A stretch of DNA of 64,000 nt, from the NCBI GenBank assembly GCA_963719085.1, contig CAVRAL010000001.1:960001-1024000 (forward strand). The letters are read 5' to 3'. The notes below the pieces were generated by a model. It saw nothing but the letters and a program-made list of their open reading frames with translations, was not told the origin of the DNA and did no database searches. Shown piece by piece: positions 20,462 to 29,807 of this stretch (within the stretch, counting starts at the first letter, position 1; each line of letters starts with the position of its first letter). Both the position numbers and the translations under genes were made by a program. Origin of the DNA: a candidate division FCPU426 bacterium. Lineage in GTDB: Bacteria; Oederibacteriota; Muellerivitia; Muellerivitales; Muellerivitaceae.

Positions 20462-20824
20462 TTAATTGAGGGTTTTCTTGACCGCTTCCAAGACATTGGA
20501 GGGTTGAAACGGCTTGACGATGAAATCCTTGGCTCCCGCCTGAATGGCCTCCACGACCAAAGACTGCTGGCCCATGGAGCTGCACATAAGAACTTTGGCC
20601 GCCGGGTTCGCCTTCACAATCTCCCGAACCGCGTCGATCCCGCCCATTTCGGGCATGATGATATCCATGATGACCAGATCGGGTTTGAGGGTTTTATAAA
20701 GCTCAATCCCCTTGGCGCCGTTTTCCGCCTCGCCGACGATCTCGTATCCCGCGCCCGCCAAAATATTTTTCAACATCATCCTCATGAAGGATGCGTCATC
20801 GACCAGCAGAACTCGTTGAGCCAC
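20462..20824 (-). CDS. cheY: CheY-like single-domain response regulator
   Basis: LVDDASFMR, MDIIMP, SSMGQQ, VKPF. Confidence 0.92.
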   Translation of the reverse strand: MAQRVLLVDDASFMRMMLKNILAGAGYEIVGEAENGAKGIELYKTLKPDLVIMDIIMPEMGGIDAVREIVKANPAAKVLMCSSMGQQSLVVEAIQAGAKDFIVKPFQPSNVLEAVKKTLN

Positions 20825-20852
20825 GTCTTCCTCCTCGACTTAATGTACCGGC

Positions 20853-21191
20853 TTAGAGAGCGTTTTCACCCTGCTCTCCCGTTCGAACCCGAATGACGTT
20901 ATCTAAAGGCATCAAGAAAAATTTCCCGTCGCCAATCCGACCCGTCCGAACCGTATCTAAAAGCAGCTCAACCACCTTCTCAATTTCATCGTCCAGCAAA
21001 GCGATCTCAATCCGGATACGAGGCTGGTATTGTACCTTATAATCCGCCCCGCGAATGGAATCCACTTGAACTTTTTGATAGCCATAACCCGAGGCCTCCG
21101 AAAGGGTTACCCCTCGGACTCCCGCCTCCCAAAGAACCTTCTTTACTTGTTCCAGTTTCTTGGGAGAAATAACGCAGATTAGTAATTTCAT
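20853..21191 (-). CDS. Divergent P-II family signal transduction protein
   Basis: 112 aa; GYGYQK, RGADY T-loop, RTGRIGDGKFF, IRVRTGE. Confidence 0.9.
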   Translation of the reverse strand: MKLLICVISPKKLEQVKKVLWEAGVRGVTLSEASGYGYQKVQVDSIRGADYKVQYQPRIRIEIALLDDEIEKVVELLLDTVRTGRIGDGKFFLMPLDNVIRVRTGEQGENAL

Positions 21192-21197
21192 TTGGGC

Positions 21198-23414
21198 CTA
21201 TTTAATCAGTTTGGTGTTCCCCGCGCTCGGGGAAGTCTGCAATTGCCGCTTCCAAACCTCGATTTGCTGCATCACGTCCCGCGCCTGACTGGCCTTGTCC
21301 ACATCATCGCCCGGGGAGTCCAAATACTTTTGAAACTGGTCCAACGCCTCATCCCACCAGGATTTGTACCGGTAGACCTGGCCCAAATAAAAATGGACAT
21401 CGGGGTAATTCGGCCGCAAATCATTGGTCTTTTTCAACTCCACCAACGCCTCGTCCCACCATTGACGCTCAATATAAACTTTTCCCAATTGCAGGTGGGC
21501 CTCCGGCGACGAAGGATTCACCGAAACCGCTTTGGCCAGTATTTTAACGGCGTCGTCATAGGATTTTAAATTAATAAAGGTTTCGCCCAGTTGCTCCAGG
21601 GCCTGCTGGTACTTGGGATTCAGCCGGAGGGCTTCCTGGAACTCCCGGGCCCCTTCCTGGTTCTGCCCCGTATTTTTGTAGACCATGCCCAACTCAAAAT
21701 GAAGGGTCGGATTATCCGGATCGGCCATGATTTGTTTGATCAAGGCGTCCGAAGCCTCGGTCAACACCATCCTCTTTTTCAGGGCCACAGCCAAATTGTT
21801 TTGCGCCGTTTTGTACTCCGGCTCAATCTCAACCGACTTTTTAAAAGCGTCGATGGCCTTCTCATATTGGCCTTGCTTAAAATAAACCACACCCATGTTG
21901 TTATAGGCTTTCGCGTATTTGGGATTGTAGGTGATCGCCAACTCATAATGCTGGATCGCCTCTTTGGAAAGTCCGGCGTTTTTGTAGGCCACGCCCAAGC
22001 TGTTATGGATGATGGGATTGCGGGGATCAAACTCCAGGGCTTTTTTATACTCGATCACCGCTTCCTCGAAACGTCCCTTATCGGCCAAGGCCAGCCCCAA
22101 ATAAGTCAAAGCCTCGGCGCTGGAAGCGATCGACACATTCAGCTCGATCGCCTGGTTGATTTCCCGGATCGCCTCGTCGAATAGGTTCACCTTGTAATAA
22201 TAAACGCCCAAATAGTAATGGGCTTCCGCGTTATCCGGGTCAATCTCCAAGGCCTCCCGGACTTCCCGGGTGGCTTTTTCACTTTCCCCCATCTTGAAAA
22301 AAGTCACGCCCAACTCAAAGTGGGCCATGCTGGAATGGGGAACCAACTCGATGGCTTTTTTAAACTGTTGGGCCGCCTCATCCGCCCGTCCCAGTTCCCG
22401 TTGGGCGATCCCCAACTGCATATAGTTCTCCAGATGATCCGGTCCCAAGCTGACGGCTTTTTGATGGGTCATCAAAGCGTCTTCCAGCATCCCCTTTTGC
22501 AGATAAACTTCCCCCAAATGCCGGTAAAGCCGGTCATCGGTGGGCGCCGCCTCAATGGCCCGCTTGTATTCCCGGACCGCCTCCTCCAATAAACCTTTCC
22601 CCCGATAGGCGGCGGCCAAACTCAAATAAGTGTCGATCTGGGGCGTCTCATCCCGGACCTGGTTGGAAGTCCTTTCGGCGATTTTTTCTTCCAAACTTTT
22701 AGAACGCTCAATGGCCAGAAGCGCCTGGGCGCCCTGCCCAAAATTCGGGTTCAGGTCCACGGCCTTCTTAAATTCCCTCTCGGCGTCTTCCAGCATGTTT
22801 TTATCGCCGAAAACAAAGCTCAGGTTATAGTGCGCGATCGCGAAATCCGGACTGAGCGAAATGGCCTTTTTGAACTCAATCATGGCCTCATTCACCATGG
22901 CCTTTTTGTAATAAATCTCCCCCAGATTGTTGTGCAGGTCCGCGAAATAAGGATTTTTTTCGATGGCTTTTTTAAATTCGGTAACGGCCGCGTCCAGATT
23001 GCCCAGGCATTTTTGGGAGACGCCGAGATAATTGCGGGCGAAGGGATGGGCCTCGTTCAGTTCCAAAGTCCGGTTATATTCCCCGATCGCCGACTCATAT
23101 TGGCCGGTGTAGCGATAGGCGTTCGCCAAGTTGTAATGCGCTTCCGGATCCATGGGAAACATTTGGGAGGATTTTTTAAAGGCCTCAATCGAGCGGTCGT
23201 AAAGGCCCGTATGGCGGTTGACCGACTTTAAATTCTCCAGCGCCTGGGTGTTTTCCGGCTCCACTTCCAAGGCGGTTTTAAATTCCTTGATTGATTCGGC
23301 GTACATGCCCTTGGAATAGTAAAAGACGCCCAGATTGTTGTGGGTCGACGCGTCGCCCTGGTCCACGCCATGGGCCATTTCACGGATCATTCGGGTTTCA
23401 GGTTGGGATGGCAT
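21198..23414 (-). CDS. Large soluble TPR-repeat protein
   Basis: Tandem 34-aa repeats (AHYNLA/HNNLG...A...F.KA..L.P) along the whole length; no signal peptide or TM segment seen. Confidence 0.9.
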   Translation of the reverse strand: MPSQPETRMIREMAHGVDQGDASTHNNLGVFYYSKGMYAESIKEFKTALEVEPENTQALENLKSVNRHTGLYDRSIEAFKKSSQMFPMDPEAHYNLANAYRYTGQYESAIGEYNRTLELNEAHPFARNYLGVSQKCLGNLDAAVTEFKKAIEKNPYFADLHNNLGEIYYKKAMVNEAMIEFKKAISLSPDFAIAHYNLSFVFGDKNMLEDAEREFKKAVDLNPNFGQGAQALLAIERSKSLEEKIAERTSNQVRDETPQIDTYLSLAAAYRGKGLLEEAVREYKRAIEAAPTDDRLYRHLGEVYLQKGMLEDALMTHQKAVSLGPDHLENYMQLGIAQRELGRADEAAQQFKKAIELVPHSSMAHFELGVTFFKMGESEKATREVREALEIDPDNAEAHYYLGVYYYKVNLFDEAIREINQAIELNVSIASSAEALTYLGLALADKGRFEEAVIEYKKALEFDPRNPIIHNSLGVAYKNAGLSKEAIQHYELAITYNPKYAKAYNNMGVVYFKQGQYEKAIDAFKKSVEIEPEYKTAQNNLAVALKKRMVLTEASDALIKQIMADPDNPTLHFELGMVYKNTGQNQEGAREFQEALRLNPKYQQALEQLGETFINLKSYDDAVKILAKAVSVNPSSPEAHLQLGKVYIERQWWDEALVELKKTNDLRPNYPDVHFYLGQVYRYKSWWDEALDQFQKYLDSPGDDVDKASQARDVMQQIEVWKRQLQTSPSAGNTKLIK

Positions 23415-24039
23415 CGCGAACCTCAGAAAGCGTTGTTTTTAAATTTTGTTCATCCACCAAAATGTCCGGATTCAAAACCGAATACAGGTCTTCCTTGATT
23501 TTTCCAAGGCAATAATAAATCTCGGTGTTCTTCCCGTAGAGATAAGTCGGAACGGGCTCGATTTGATCCACCTTGAAGCGCCTCACTTCCAAAACCTGAT
23601 CCACCCACAAGATAAAGTAATAGCCCTTTCGCTCCAAAACGATAAACCATCCCTTGGACTCGCTCCCCAAATCTTCCTTGGCCAAAATCTGGCGGAAGGA
23701 CAAAACCGGTAATAGATTGCCGCGCAGCGAAAAAACCCCGGCCCAATGCGGCTGGGACAAGGCCGTTGGGATCAAGGCGCCAAACTTCAAGACTTCCCGG
23801 ACGCGGTAGGTCTCCACCCCGTAAAACTCATTCTCGATCCGAAAGGTCAAAACCAGCATCCCCTCCATGACTTGGAGGATATCCTGTTCCAGCACAAACC
23901 CCAAGCGCACCAAAACTTTCCCGATCGGCTCCCGGGTTTTCTTTTGTTCCACCAGGGCCACTTGGATTTGCCGGGAAGTGATTTTCCCGGCCTGCCGTAA
24001 AAGTTCTCCCAGGGATTTTTCCTGGACCCGCATCGCCAT
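23398..24039 (-). CDS. MshEN-like N-terminal domain fused to a CheW domain
   Basis: SLGELLRQAGKITSRQIQVALVEQ...PIGKVLVRLGFV, then TFRI..E.YGV...RVREV...GVFSLRG.LLPV...VDQV. Confidence 0.78.
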   Translation of the reverse strand: MAMRVQEKSLGELLRQAGKITSRQIQVALVEQKKTREPIGKVLVRLGFVLEQDILQVMEGMLVLTFRIENEFYGVETYRVREVLKFGALIPTALSQPHWAGVFSLRGNLLPVLSFRQILAKEDLGSESKGWFIVLERKGYYFILWVDQVLEVRRFKVDQIEPVPTYLYGKNTEIYYCLGKIKEDLYSVLNPDILVDEQNLKTTLSEVRDAIPT

Positions 24040-25214
24040 CAGACTGTTCCTTTTACAATTTTCAAATTATTTTTCAAAATCTCGTTGGACGCGTCCACTT
24101 CCAAAGCCTTTTCCCAATGCGAGACCGCCTGGGGCTTATCCCCCATTTTCAAATAAATGTTCCCCAGCTTGGACAAAGCGTCCACATGGCGGGGATTCAG
24201 CACGATCAGTTTCCGAAACTCGGTCAAAGCCTCGTCGAATTTTCCAAGCTTGTAGTAAATGGTCCCCAAATTATCCAAGATCAACACGTCATTCGGATCC
24301 AAATCCTGGGCCTGTTTATATTCCTCCAAAGCCCGCTCCATCTCGCCCTGCTTGTCATAGATATATCCCATGACATTATGAATGCTGGCGTCCTGCGGAT
24401 TGAGCTCGATGACCTTTTGATACATCTTCAAAGCTTCCTCGTGCTGAAGCCGGCTGGCGTAAATCATCCCCATCTTGATATAGGTTTCGGAGCTCCCCGG
24501 GTTCTTCTGTTGAGCCACATTTAAAAAAGCCATGGCCTTGTCATAATGGCCCATCGCCATATAAGTCTGGCCCAACTTCAAATCCACTTCCGGCTCATTC
24601 GGATTCAAGGCTAAAGCCTCTTGGTAAGACGCGATGGCCTTCTCATTTTGGCCGTTCTTTTGATAAAGATTGCCTAAAATCGCGTGGACCACCGAATGCC
24701 GGGGATTAATCCCCAGGGACTTCTCATAATATTGAATCGCTTCCTCGTTTTGGCCGCTCTGCTCGTAAACATCCCCCAATTTGAAATAAATCTCGGAGTT
24801 ATTCGCGTTGATCTCAATGGACTTCATGTATTGATCAATCGCATCCTTTAATCGCCCCGCCTTCACCAACACATTTCCCAGTTGGTTGTAAAGGGCCGCG
24901 TCCTTGGGGTTCAGCTCAATGGCCTTTTCCAATTCCGAAATCGAATCCTCAAATCGGTTTAAAAACTCTAATAAAGTCCCCAATTTCAGCCGGGCGTTAA
25001 GATTCATGGGATTCAACTCGAGAGATTTGCGGTAATAACTTTCCGCCTCCGAATATTGCCCCATCTGGCCGTAAAGACTGGCCAAATGAAACAAAACCTC
25101 CCCATCCTGCGGACTTAGCTCCAGCGCCCTTTTAAACTCACCGACCGCATCGGCATACCTTTTAGAAATGGAAAAAGCCATCCCTAAGTTGATATGATCT
25201 TGCGCCTTATCCAA
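24039..25214 (-). CDS. TPR-repeat protein
   Basis: About 11 tandem TPR units; TTG start after GGAGG. Confidence 0.9.
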   Translation of the reverse strand: MDKAQDHINLGMAFSISKRYADAVGEFKRALELSPQDGEVLFHLASLYGQMGQYSEAESYYRKSLELNPMNLNARLKLGTLLEFLNRFEDSISELEKAIELNPKDAALYNQLGNVLVKAGRLKDAIDQYMKSIEINANNSEIYFKLGDVYEQSGQNEEAIQYYEKSLGINPRHSVVHAILGNLYQKNGQNEKAIASYQEALALNPNEPEVDLKLGQTYMAMGHYDKAMAFLNVAQQKNPGSSETYIKMGMIYASRLQHEEALKMYQKVIELNPQDASIHNVMGYIYDKQGEMERALEEYKQAQDLDPNDVLILDNLGTIYYKLGKFDEALTEFRKLIVLNPRHVDALSKLGNIYLKMGDKPQAVSHWEKALEVDASNEILKNNLKIVKGTV

Positions 25215-25249
25215 CGTCCATCCTCCACCGATAAAATTGCGGCTTCAGC

Positions 25250-26077
25250 TCAAACCTTTTTGCCCAGCGCCAGCTGATAAAAGCGGCTGCGGATATCCAC
25301 ACAGCGATAAAGCTCCCGAGCGGGCCCCAATAAAGTCTCCGTCAAACCCAAAACCAAAAAACCGTCCAATCGTAAAACCCGCGAAAAATGCTCATATAGT
25401 TTTTGCTGCTGGGGCGCGGTCAAATAAATCAAAAAATTACGGCACACAATAAGGTCAAAACCCCAATAATCCGAAGGCCATTCCCCCAATAAGTCGTGTT
25501 GAGAAAATCTTATGTTTTTTTGGAGTCCGGGTTGAATCTTAAACTTGGCCCCCTCCACCCGGAACATTTTCCCGATTACTTTTTTCGAAAGCTTCCCGAC
25601 GCTTTCACTCGGATACTCCCCCAACCGCGCGGTCCGAAGGCTGGCCCCGTCCACATCCGTGGCCAATATCTCGTAAGAAAATCCCGGAAAATCCTTTAAG
25701 CCCTCGCTCAAAAGAAAAGCCAAAGAGTAGGGTTCCTCACCCGTACTGCAGGCCGCCGACCAAATTCTTATTCTTTTATCCACCGCCGTCCGGACGATCT
25801 CCGGAATCACTTTTTCCTGCAGGGACTTGTAAATTTCGGCGTCCCGAAAAAACTCCGTCACGTGGATGGTCAATCGGTCCAGAAGATGGGTGGCCTCTTC
25901 CGGATTCTGGGTTATAAAATGAAAGTAATCCCGATAAGTGCCGGCGTGCGTCGCCCTCATCCGAACCGCGACACGCCTTTTAACATAATTGACTTTATAA
26001 TTGAGTCCATCAAAACCCTTGATCTTTAAAACCAACTCAAGAATCTTGGGAAAGTAAGCCTCATCCTCCAGAATCAT
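25250..26077 (-). CDS. cheR: CheR methyltransferase
   Basis: LTIHVTEFFRD, IWSAACSTGEEPYS, ATDVD, DLIVCRNFLIY. Confidence 0.95.
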   Translation of the reverse strand: MILEDEAYFPKILELVLKIKGFDGLNYKVNYVKRRVAVRMRATHAGTYRDYFHFITQNPEEATHLLDRLTIHVTEFFRDAEIYKSLQEKVIPEIVRTAVDKRIRIWSAACSTGEEPYSLAFLLSEGLKDFPGFSYEILATDVDGASLRTARLGEYPSESVGKLSKKVIGKMFRVEGAKFKIQPGLQKNIRFSQHDLLGEWPSDYWGFDLIVCRNFLIYLTAPQQQKLYEHFSRVLRLDGFLVLGLTETLLGPARELYRCVDIRSRFYQLALGKKV

Positions 26078-26123
26078 TCCTCAACCTGTTTTTCTTTCAC
26101 GCGCCGCGGCAAAAAGCTCGATC

Positions 26124-26993
26124 TCAAGGCTGATACCAGGCCTCGAACCCTTTTTGAATCGGCTCCGTGCTGTTTAAAATCTGCGCCATGGAATAGTTGG
26201 GGCCCGCATAAAAGACCTGGGCCAGCCCAAAGGGTTGGTGCACGTCCTCCGCCAACCAGCCGGTTTCACTTTTTTGCCGGAGCCTGAAAGTCTGGCCTTC
26301 CACCACGCCGTCTTTTTGACCCGCGGTCAAAACAATCCAATCATTTTGCGCATAATAGCTCAGTGAGGGTTTTCCCTCGGCGACATAACTATGGATAGGT
26401 TGAGCCGGCAGGGTTTTCCGGCGTTGGGCTTGTTTCCAACGCACAATCTCATCACTGTAGGACTTCACCGAATCCCCCGCTTTAAACGGGGCAAAGCTTT
26501 CCTTGGTTTCCGCCAAGCACCTTGTTTTTTGGATTTCAATCACCTGAAGAATGGCCAAGTTTTCCACCCGGCGGCCCACGAACCCGGCATGATCCTCGTT
26601 AATGTTTCCCGCTATCCGATAAACCACCAAAAAATCCCCGGGCTTCACGATCGCGTTCGAAAGTTCCACATAAGTCTTCTGCGGAGTCGAAAACTCCATT
26701 TTTTCGGAGAAGTCACCGGCGATTTTCCCCAACTGCGGAATTTTCGAGTCGTCCTGCGTTAGATAACCCGCGGAAACAAAATAATAAAATCCCACATTAT
26801 CTGAAATGCGGACGCGTTCCGCCGCCGCGCTTGAACCGTCCCCCGCCGTTTCCACGGCATCGTCATCCGCCGCCGTCGCGGTCGCGGTGGGCGTGTCCGC
26901 CGCCGCGGCTTTGGGGGGCAGGCAACTCCCCAACGCCAAAATCAGGCCGGCGAAAAGAAAAAAATTCCAAGTCTTAGTAAAATCAATGCGCAT
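26124..26993 (-). CDS. Exported protein resembling the C-terminal (FlgT-like) region of TsaP; no LysM evident
   Basis: Signal peptide, acidic linker, two GD-F-VYR/G-V-V-A-I-S-type beta repeats; recognised by pattern only. Confidence 0.5.
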   Translation of the reverse strand: MRIDFTKTWNFFLFAGLILALGSCLPPKAAAADTPTATATAADDDAVETAGDGSSAAAERVRISDNVGFYYFVSAGYLTQDDSKIPQLGKIAGDFSEKMEFSTPQKTYVELSNAIVKPGDFLVVYRIAGNINEDHAGFVGRRVENLAILQVIEIQKTRCLAETKESFAPFKAGDSVKSYSDEIVRWKQAQRRKTLPAQPIHSYVAEGKPSLSYYAQNDWIVLTAGQKDGVVEGQTFRLRQKSETGWLAEDVHQPFGLAQVFYAGPNYSMAQILNSTEPIQKGFEAWYQP

Positions 26994-27381
26994 GGTTCAC
27001 CTCGTCGGAAAGATCTTTCGCTTTCGCGGTCCATTCGGTCTCTGAGGAATAATGGTCAAAGATAATTTGCAGGTAATTATTGGCCAACTTAGGCGCCCCC
27101 GTCGTCTCGTCTTGAATCTCAGCGCAATGATAGAGCCCGGCCGCGCAAAGGTCCCCTTGCTCCGGATAAAGCTCATAAAGCTTCATGTAGGTCACGATCG
27201 CCGTTTGGTTATCCCCTAAAATGTCGCACCAGCGGGCGGCGTAATAAAGGGCCTTCGGCGCGTTCGGATCCTTGGGGTTATCTTGAACCCATTTCTCCGC
27301 TTGATCCGCCAGCATGGAGGAATTCAGCGCCACAAAAAAAACGCCGATCAAAATAATCGCGAAAAAAATCATCTTGCCCAT
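26983..27381 (-). CDS. Small membrane-anchored TPR-like protein
   Basis: N-terminal hydrophobic helix; APKALYYAA...YELYP helical repeats. Confidence 0.6.
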   Translation of the reverse strand: MGKMIFFAIILIGVFFVALNSSMLADQAEKWVQDNPKDPNAPKALYYAARWCDILGDNQTAIVTYMKLYELYPEQGDLCAAGLYHCAEIQDETTGAPKLANNYLQIIFDHYSSETEWTAKAKDLSDEVNHAH

Positions 27382-27404
27382 GACCCAGCCTTTCTAAATT
27401 GAAA

Positions 27405-29708
27405 TCAACTCATTTTCGAGAAAATACCGCTCAACGTGTTTCGTTTAATCTTGGCTTCTTCGAGCTTTTTTTGCGCCCTTTCATTGGACGGTTCCAACTC
27501 CAGGATTTGACTCCACAGCCGAACCGCTTTGTCCAAATCGTTCGAGTCAAAGGCCTCTTTACCTTGCGTATAAAGCGTCTCAATATTTTGGCTGATCTGG
27601 GCCTTCAAGGCCCCCAACTGCCTGACCGCGTCCGGGTGTCCCGGCGAGAGCCGCAAGACCTTCGAGAATTCCCTTTGGGCCGCTAAAAGTTCCCCGGCCT
27701 GCTGGGCGTTGACTCCCTCTTGGAATAAGTCTTGGATCTGCTGCTCAAGCATTTGCTGGGATTTTTGAAGATAAGCGGTCAAATAAGCGTTGGCCTCGGC
27801 TTTCCCCAAGGCTTTCTTGAAAAAATCGATGGCGGTTTGAAAATCACTGCGCACATAACTGCGAACGCCTTGTTCGAACAAAGCCAAAATGGCCGCCTTA
27901 TCGGGATTCGCGTCCACGCCTTCCACGCCGAAGGACAAAAGCTTGGTGAGCCCCTGCTGAAGGTAACGGGCCACATCCTCCATTTCGGAGTTGATCTCAT
28001 AAGCTTGGTTCCAAGAAACCAAGGCCCCCAACAAATCCCCCGCTTTGTACAGCTCAATCGCGGATTGGTTTAAGTTGATGGCTTTGGTTTTGGCCAAGGC
28101 TTTTTGACCCGCGATTTTTATTTCCCGATGTAAAACTTTGGCCGTCTCATTATCCGGATCCAAAACCAGCGCCTGCTCCACTTCGGACAAGGCCTTTTCG
28201 TATTCGCCCTTTTGATTGGCGATCTGGGCTTCCTGGATCACAATACGGGCTTTTTCCCGGTTGGCCATCTCCTCGCCGATCGCCTTAATGTAGGCTTGGG
28301 CCTGCTTATTTTCGGGGTCAATTTCGAGGGCCTTTTGAAACTCAATAATGGCGGATTGATGTTTCTTTTCCCGATAGAGTTGGAGCGCGGCCTTGATATT
28401 GGAAGTCGCGTCCTTTTTCTTCTCGCTCTTATCGTCCATTTCACGAAGCCGGGCCATGAGAACGTTGGCCTCTTTATGGTCGGGTGATTCCTGCAAAATT
28501 CTTTTAAGTTCGCCCCGGCTCTCATCGTATCGTTTGCGGTCGTATAGGTCTTGAGCCCGCTTCAACCAGCCTCCGATACGCTCCTTGGACTGGCTGTTTT
28601 CCATTTGGGAAATCAAGGATTGGGCCGAGGCCCTCGAGGAAGAAATGCCTTTCAATCCCAAATCAAGCTCTCCGGGCGAAGTGGCCTGTTCCATGGCGCT
28701 TTCACGGGTGATCGCCCCGGTCCGCACCAAAGAAATCAAGGACTGGTCGAAGGTTTGCATTCCGTACTGGCTCTGGCCTTCGGCGATAAAGCTCCGGATA
28801 TGGCTGATCTTGTTATCCGCGATCAGCGATTTAATCGTTTGATTGACAATCATGATTTCGCAAGCCGGCACAACCCCTATGCCGTCGGCCTTGCTGACCA
28901 AACGCTGGGAAATGACGGCCTTCAAGGTATTGGAAAGCTGGATTCGAACTTGGTTTTGTTGTTCCGGGGAGAAAAAGTCCAAAATACGTTCCATGGTTTG
29001 GATCGTATCCATCGTATGCAGGGTCGATAAAACCAAATGGCCCGTTTCCGCCGCCGAAATGGCCGCCGACACCGTTTCCACATCCCGCATTTCACCCACC
29101 AGGATGATATCCGGATCCTGGCGCAAAACATATTTCAACGCCGAACGGAAGCTTTCGGTGTCCAAACCGACTTCCCGCTGGGTAATGCTTGATTTTTTAT
29201 CCGGATGGACAAACTCGATCGGGTCTTCCACCGTCACGATATGGGCGTGCCGGTTCTCATTCATTTCGTTGATCATGGCGGCCAGCGTGGTCGACTTCCC
29301 CGAACCCGTGATGCCGGTGACCAGGATAAGCCCCCGCTGTTCCATGGCGATCTGTTTCAAAACCGCCGTGGGCATTCCAATCTCTTCGATTTTCGGAATT
29401 TTTTGCGGGATCACCCGCATGATGATTTCGGGAAGGCCCCTTTGCCACATGGAGTTCGTTCGAAAACGGGCCAACCCCTCGACGGCGTAAGCCAAGTCGA
29501 CTTCGCGGTGATCCTCAAAAAAGAGCTTTTGTTGTTTTTCGTCCATCAGAATGGAAGCGACTTCCGCTATTTCCTGCGCGGCAAGGGGCGTCTCGCCCTG
29601 GGGGGTTAAATCACCATCAATACGAAACAGAGGGACGGAACCGGCCTTTAAATGGACGTCGGAGGCCTTCTTTTCGACCATAGAATAGAGGATTTGTTGT
29701 AGGTCCAT
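27405..29708 (-). CDS. pilT: PilT/PilU-family type IV pilus retraction ATPase with a C-terminal TPR extension of about 400 aa
   Basis: ASDVHL, Walker A GITGSGKST, TVEDPIEF, LRQDPDIILVGEMRD, ETGHLVLSTLHT, GMQTFDQ; then TPR repeats. Confidence 0.9.
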   Translation of the reverse strand: MDLQQILYSMVEKKASDVHLKAGSVPLFRIDGDLTPQGETPLAAQEIAEVASILMDEKQQKLFFEDHREVDLAYAVEGLARFRTNSMWQRGLPEIIMRVIPQKIPKIEEIGMPTAVLKQIAMEQRGLILVTGITGSGKSTTLAAMINEMNENRHAHIVTVEDPIEFVHPDKKSSITQREVGLDTESFRSALKYVLRQDPDIILVGEMRDVETVSAAISAAETGHLVLSTLHTMDTIQTMERILDFFSPEQQNQVRIQLSNTLKAVISQRLVSKADGIGVVPACEIMIVNQTIKSLIADNKISHIRSFIAEGQSQYGMQTFDQSLISLVRTGAITRESAMEQATSPGELDLGLKGISSSRASAQSLISQMENSQSKERIGGWLKRAQDLYDRKRYDESRGELKRILQESPDHKEANVLMARLREMDDKSEKKKDATSNIKAALQLYREKKHQSAIIEFQKALEIDPENKQAQAYIKAIGEEMANREKARIVIQEAQIANQKGEYEKALSEVEQALVLDPDNETAKVLHREIKIAGQKALAKTKAINLNQSAIELYKAGDLLGALVSWNQAYEINSEMEDVARYLQQGLTKLLSFGVEGVDANPDKAAILALFEQGVRSYVRSDFQTAIDFFKKALGKAEANAYLTAYLQKSQQMLEQQIQDLFQEGVNAQQAGELLAAQREFSKVLRLSPGHPDAVRQLGALKAQISQNIETLYTQGKEAFDSNDLDKAVRLWSQILELEPSNERAQKKLEEAKIKRNTLSGIFSKMS

Positions 29709-29807
29709 AGCTATCCGCCCAAGAGTGAGATAACGAATCGCATTATAACAATTCCAGGCCAAGAAACGGCTTTATTTTAAGGAGAAAGGCTTCGCCCGGC
29801 CCAATGG

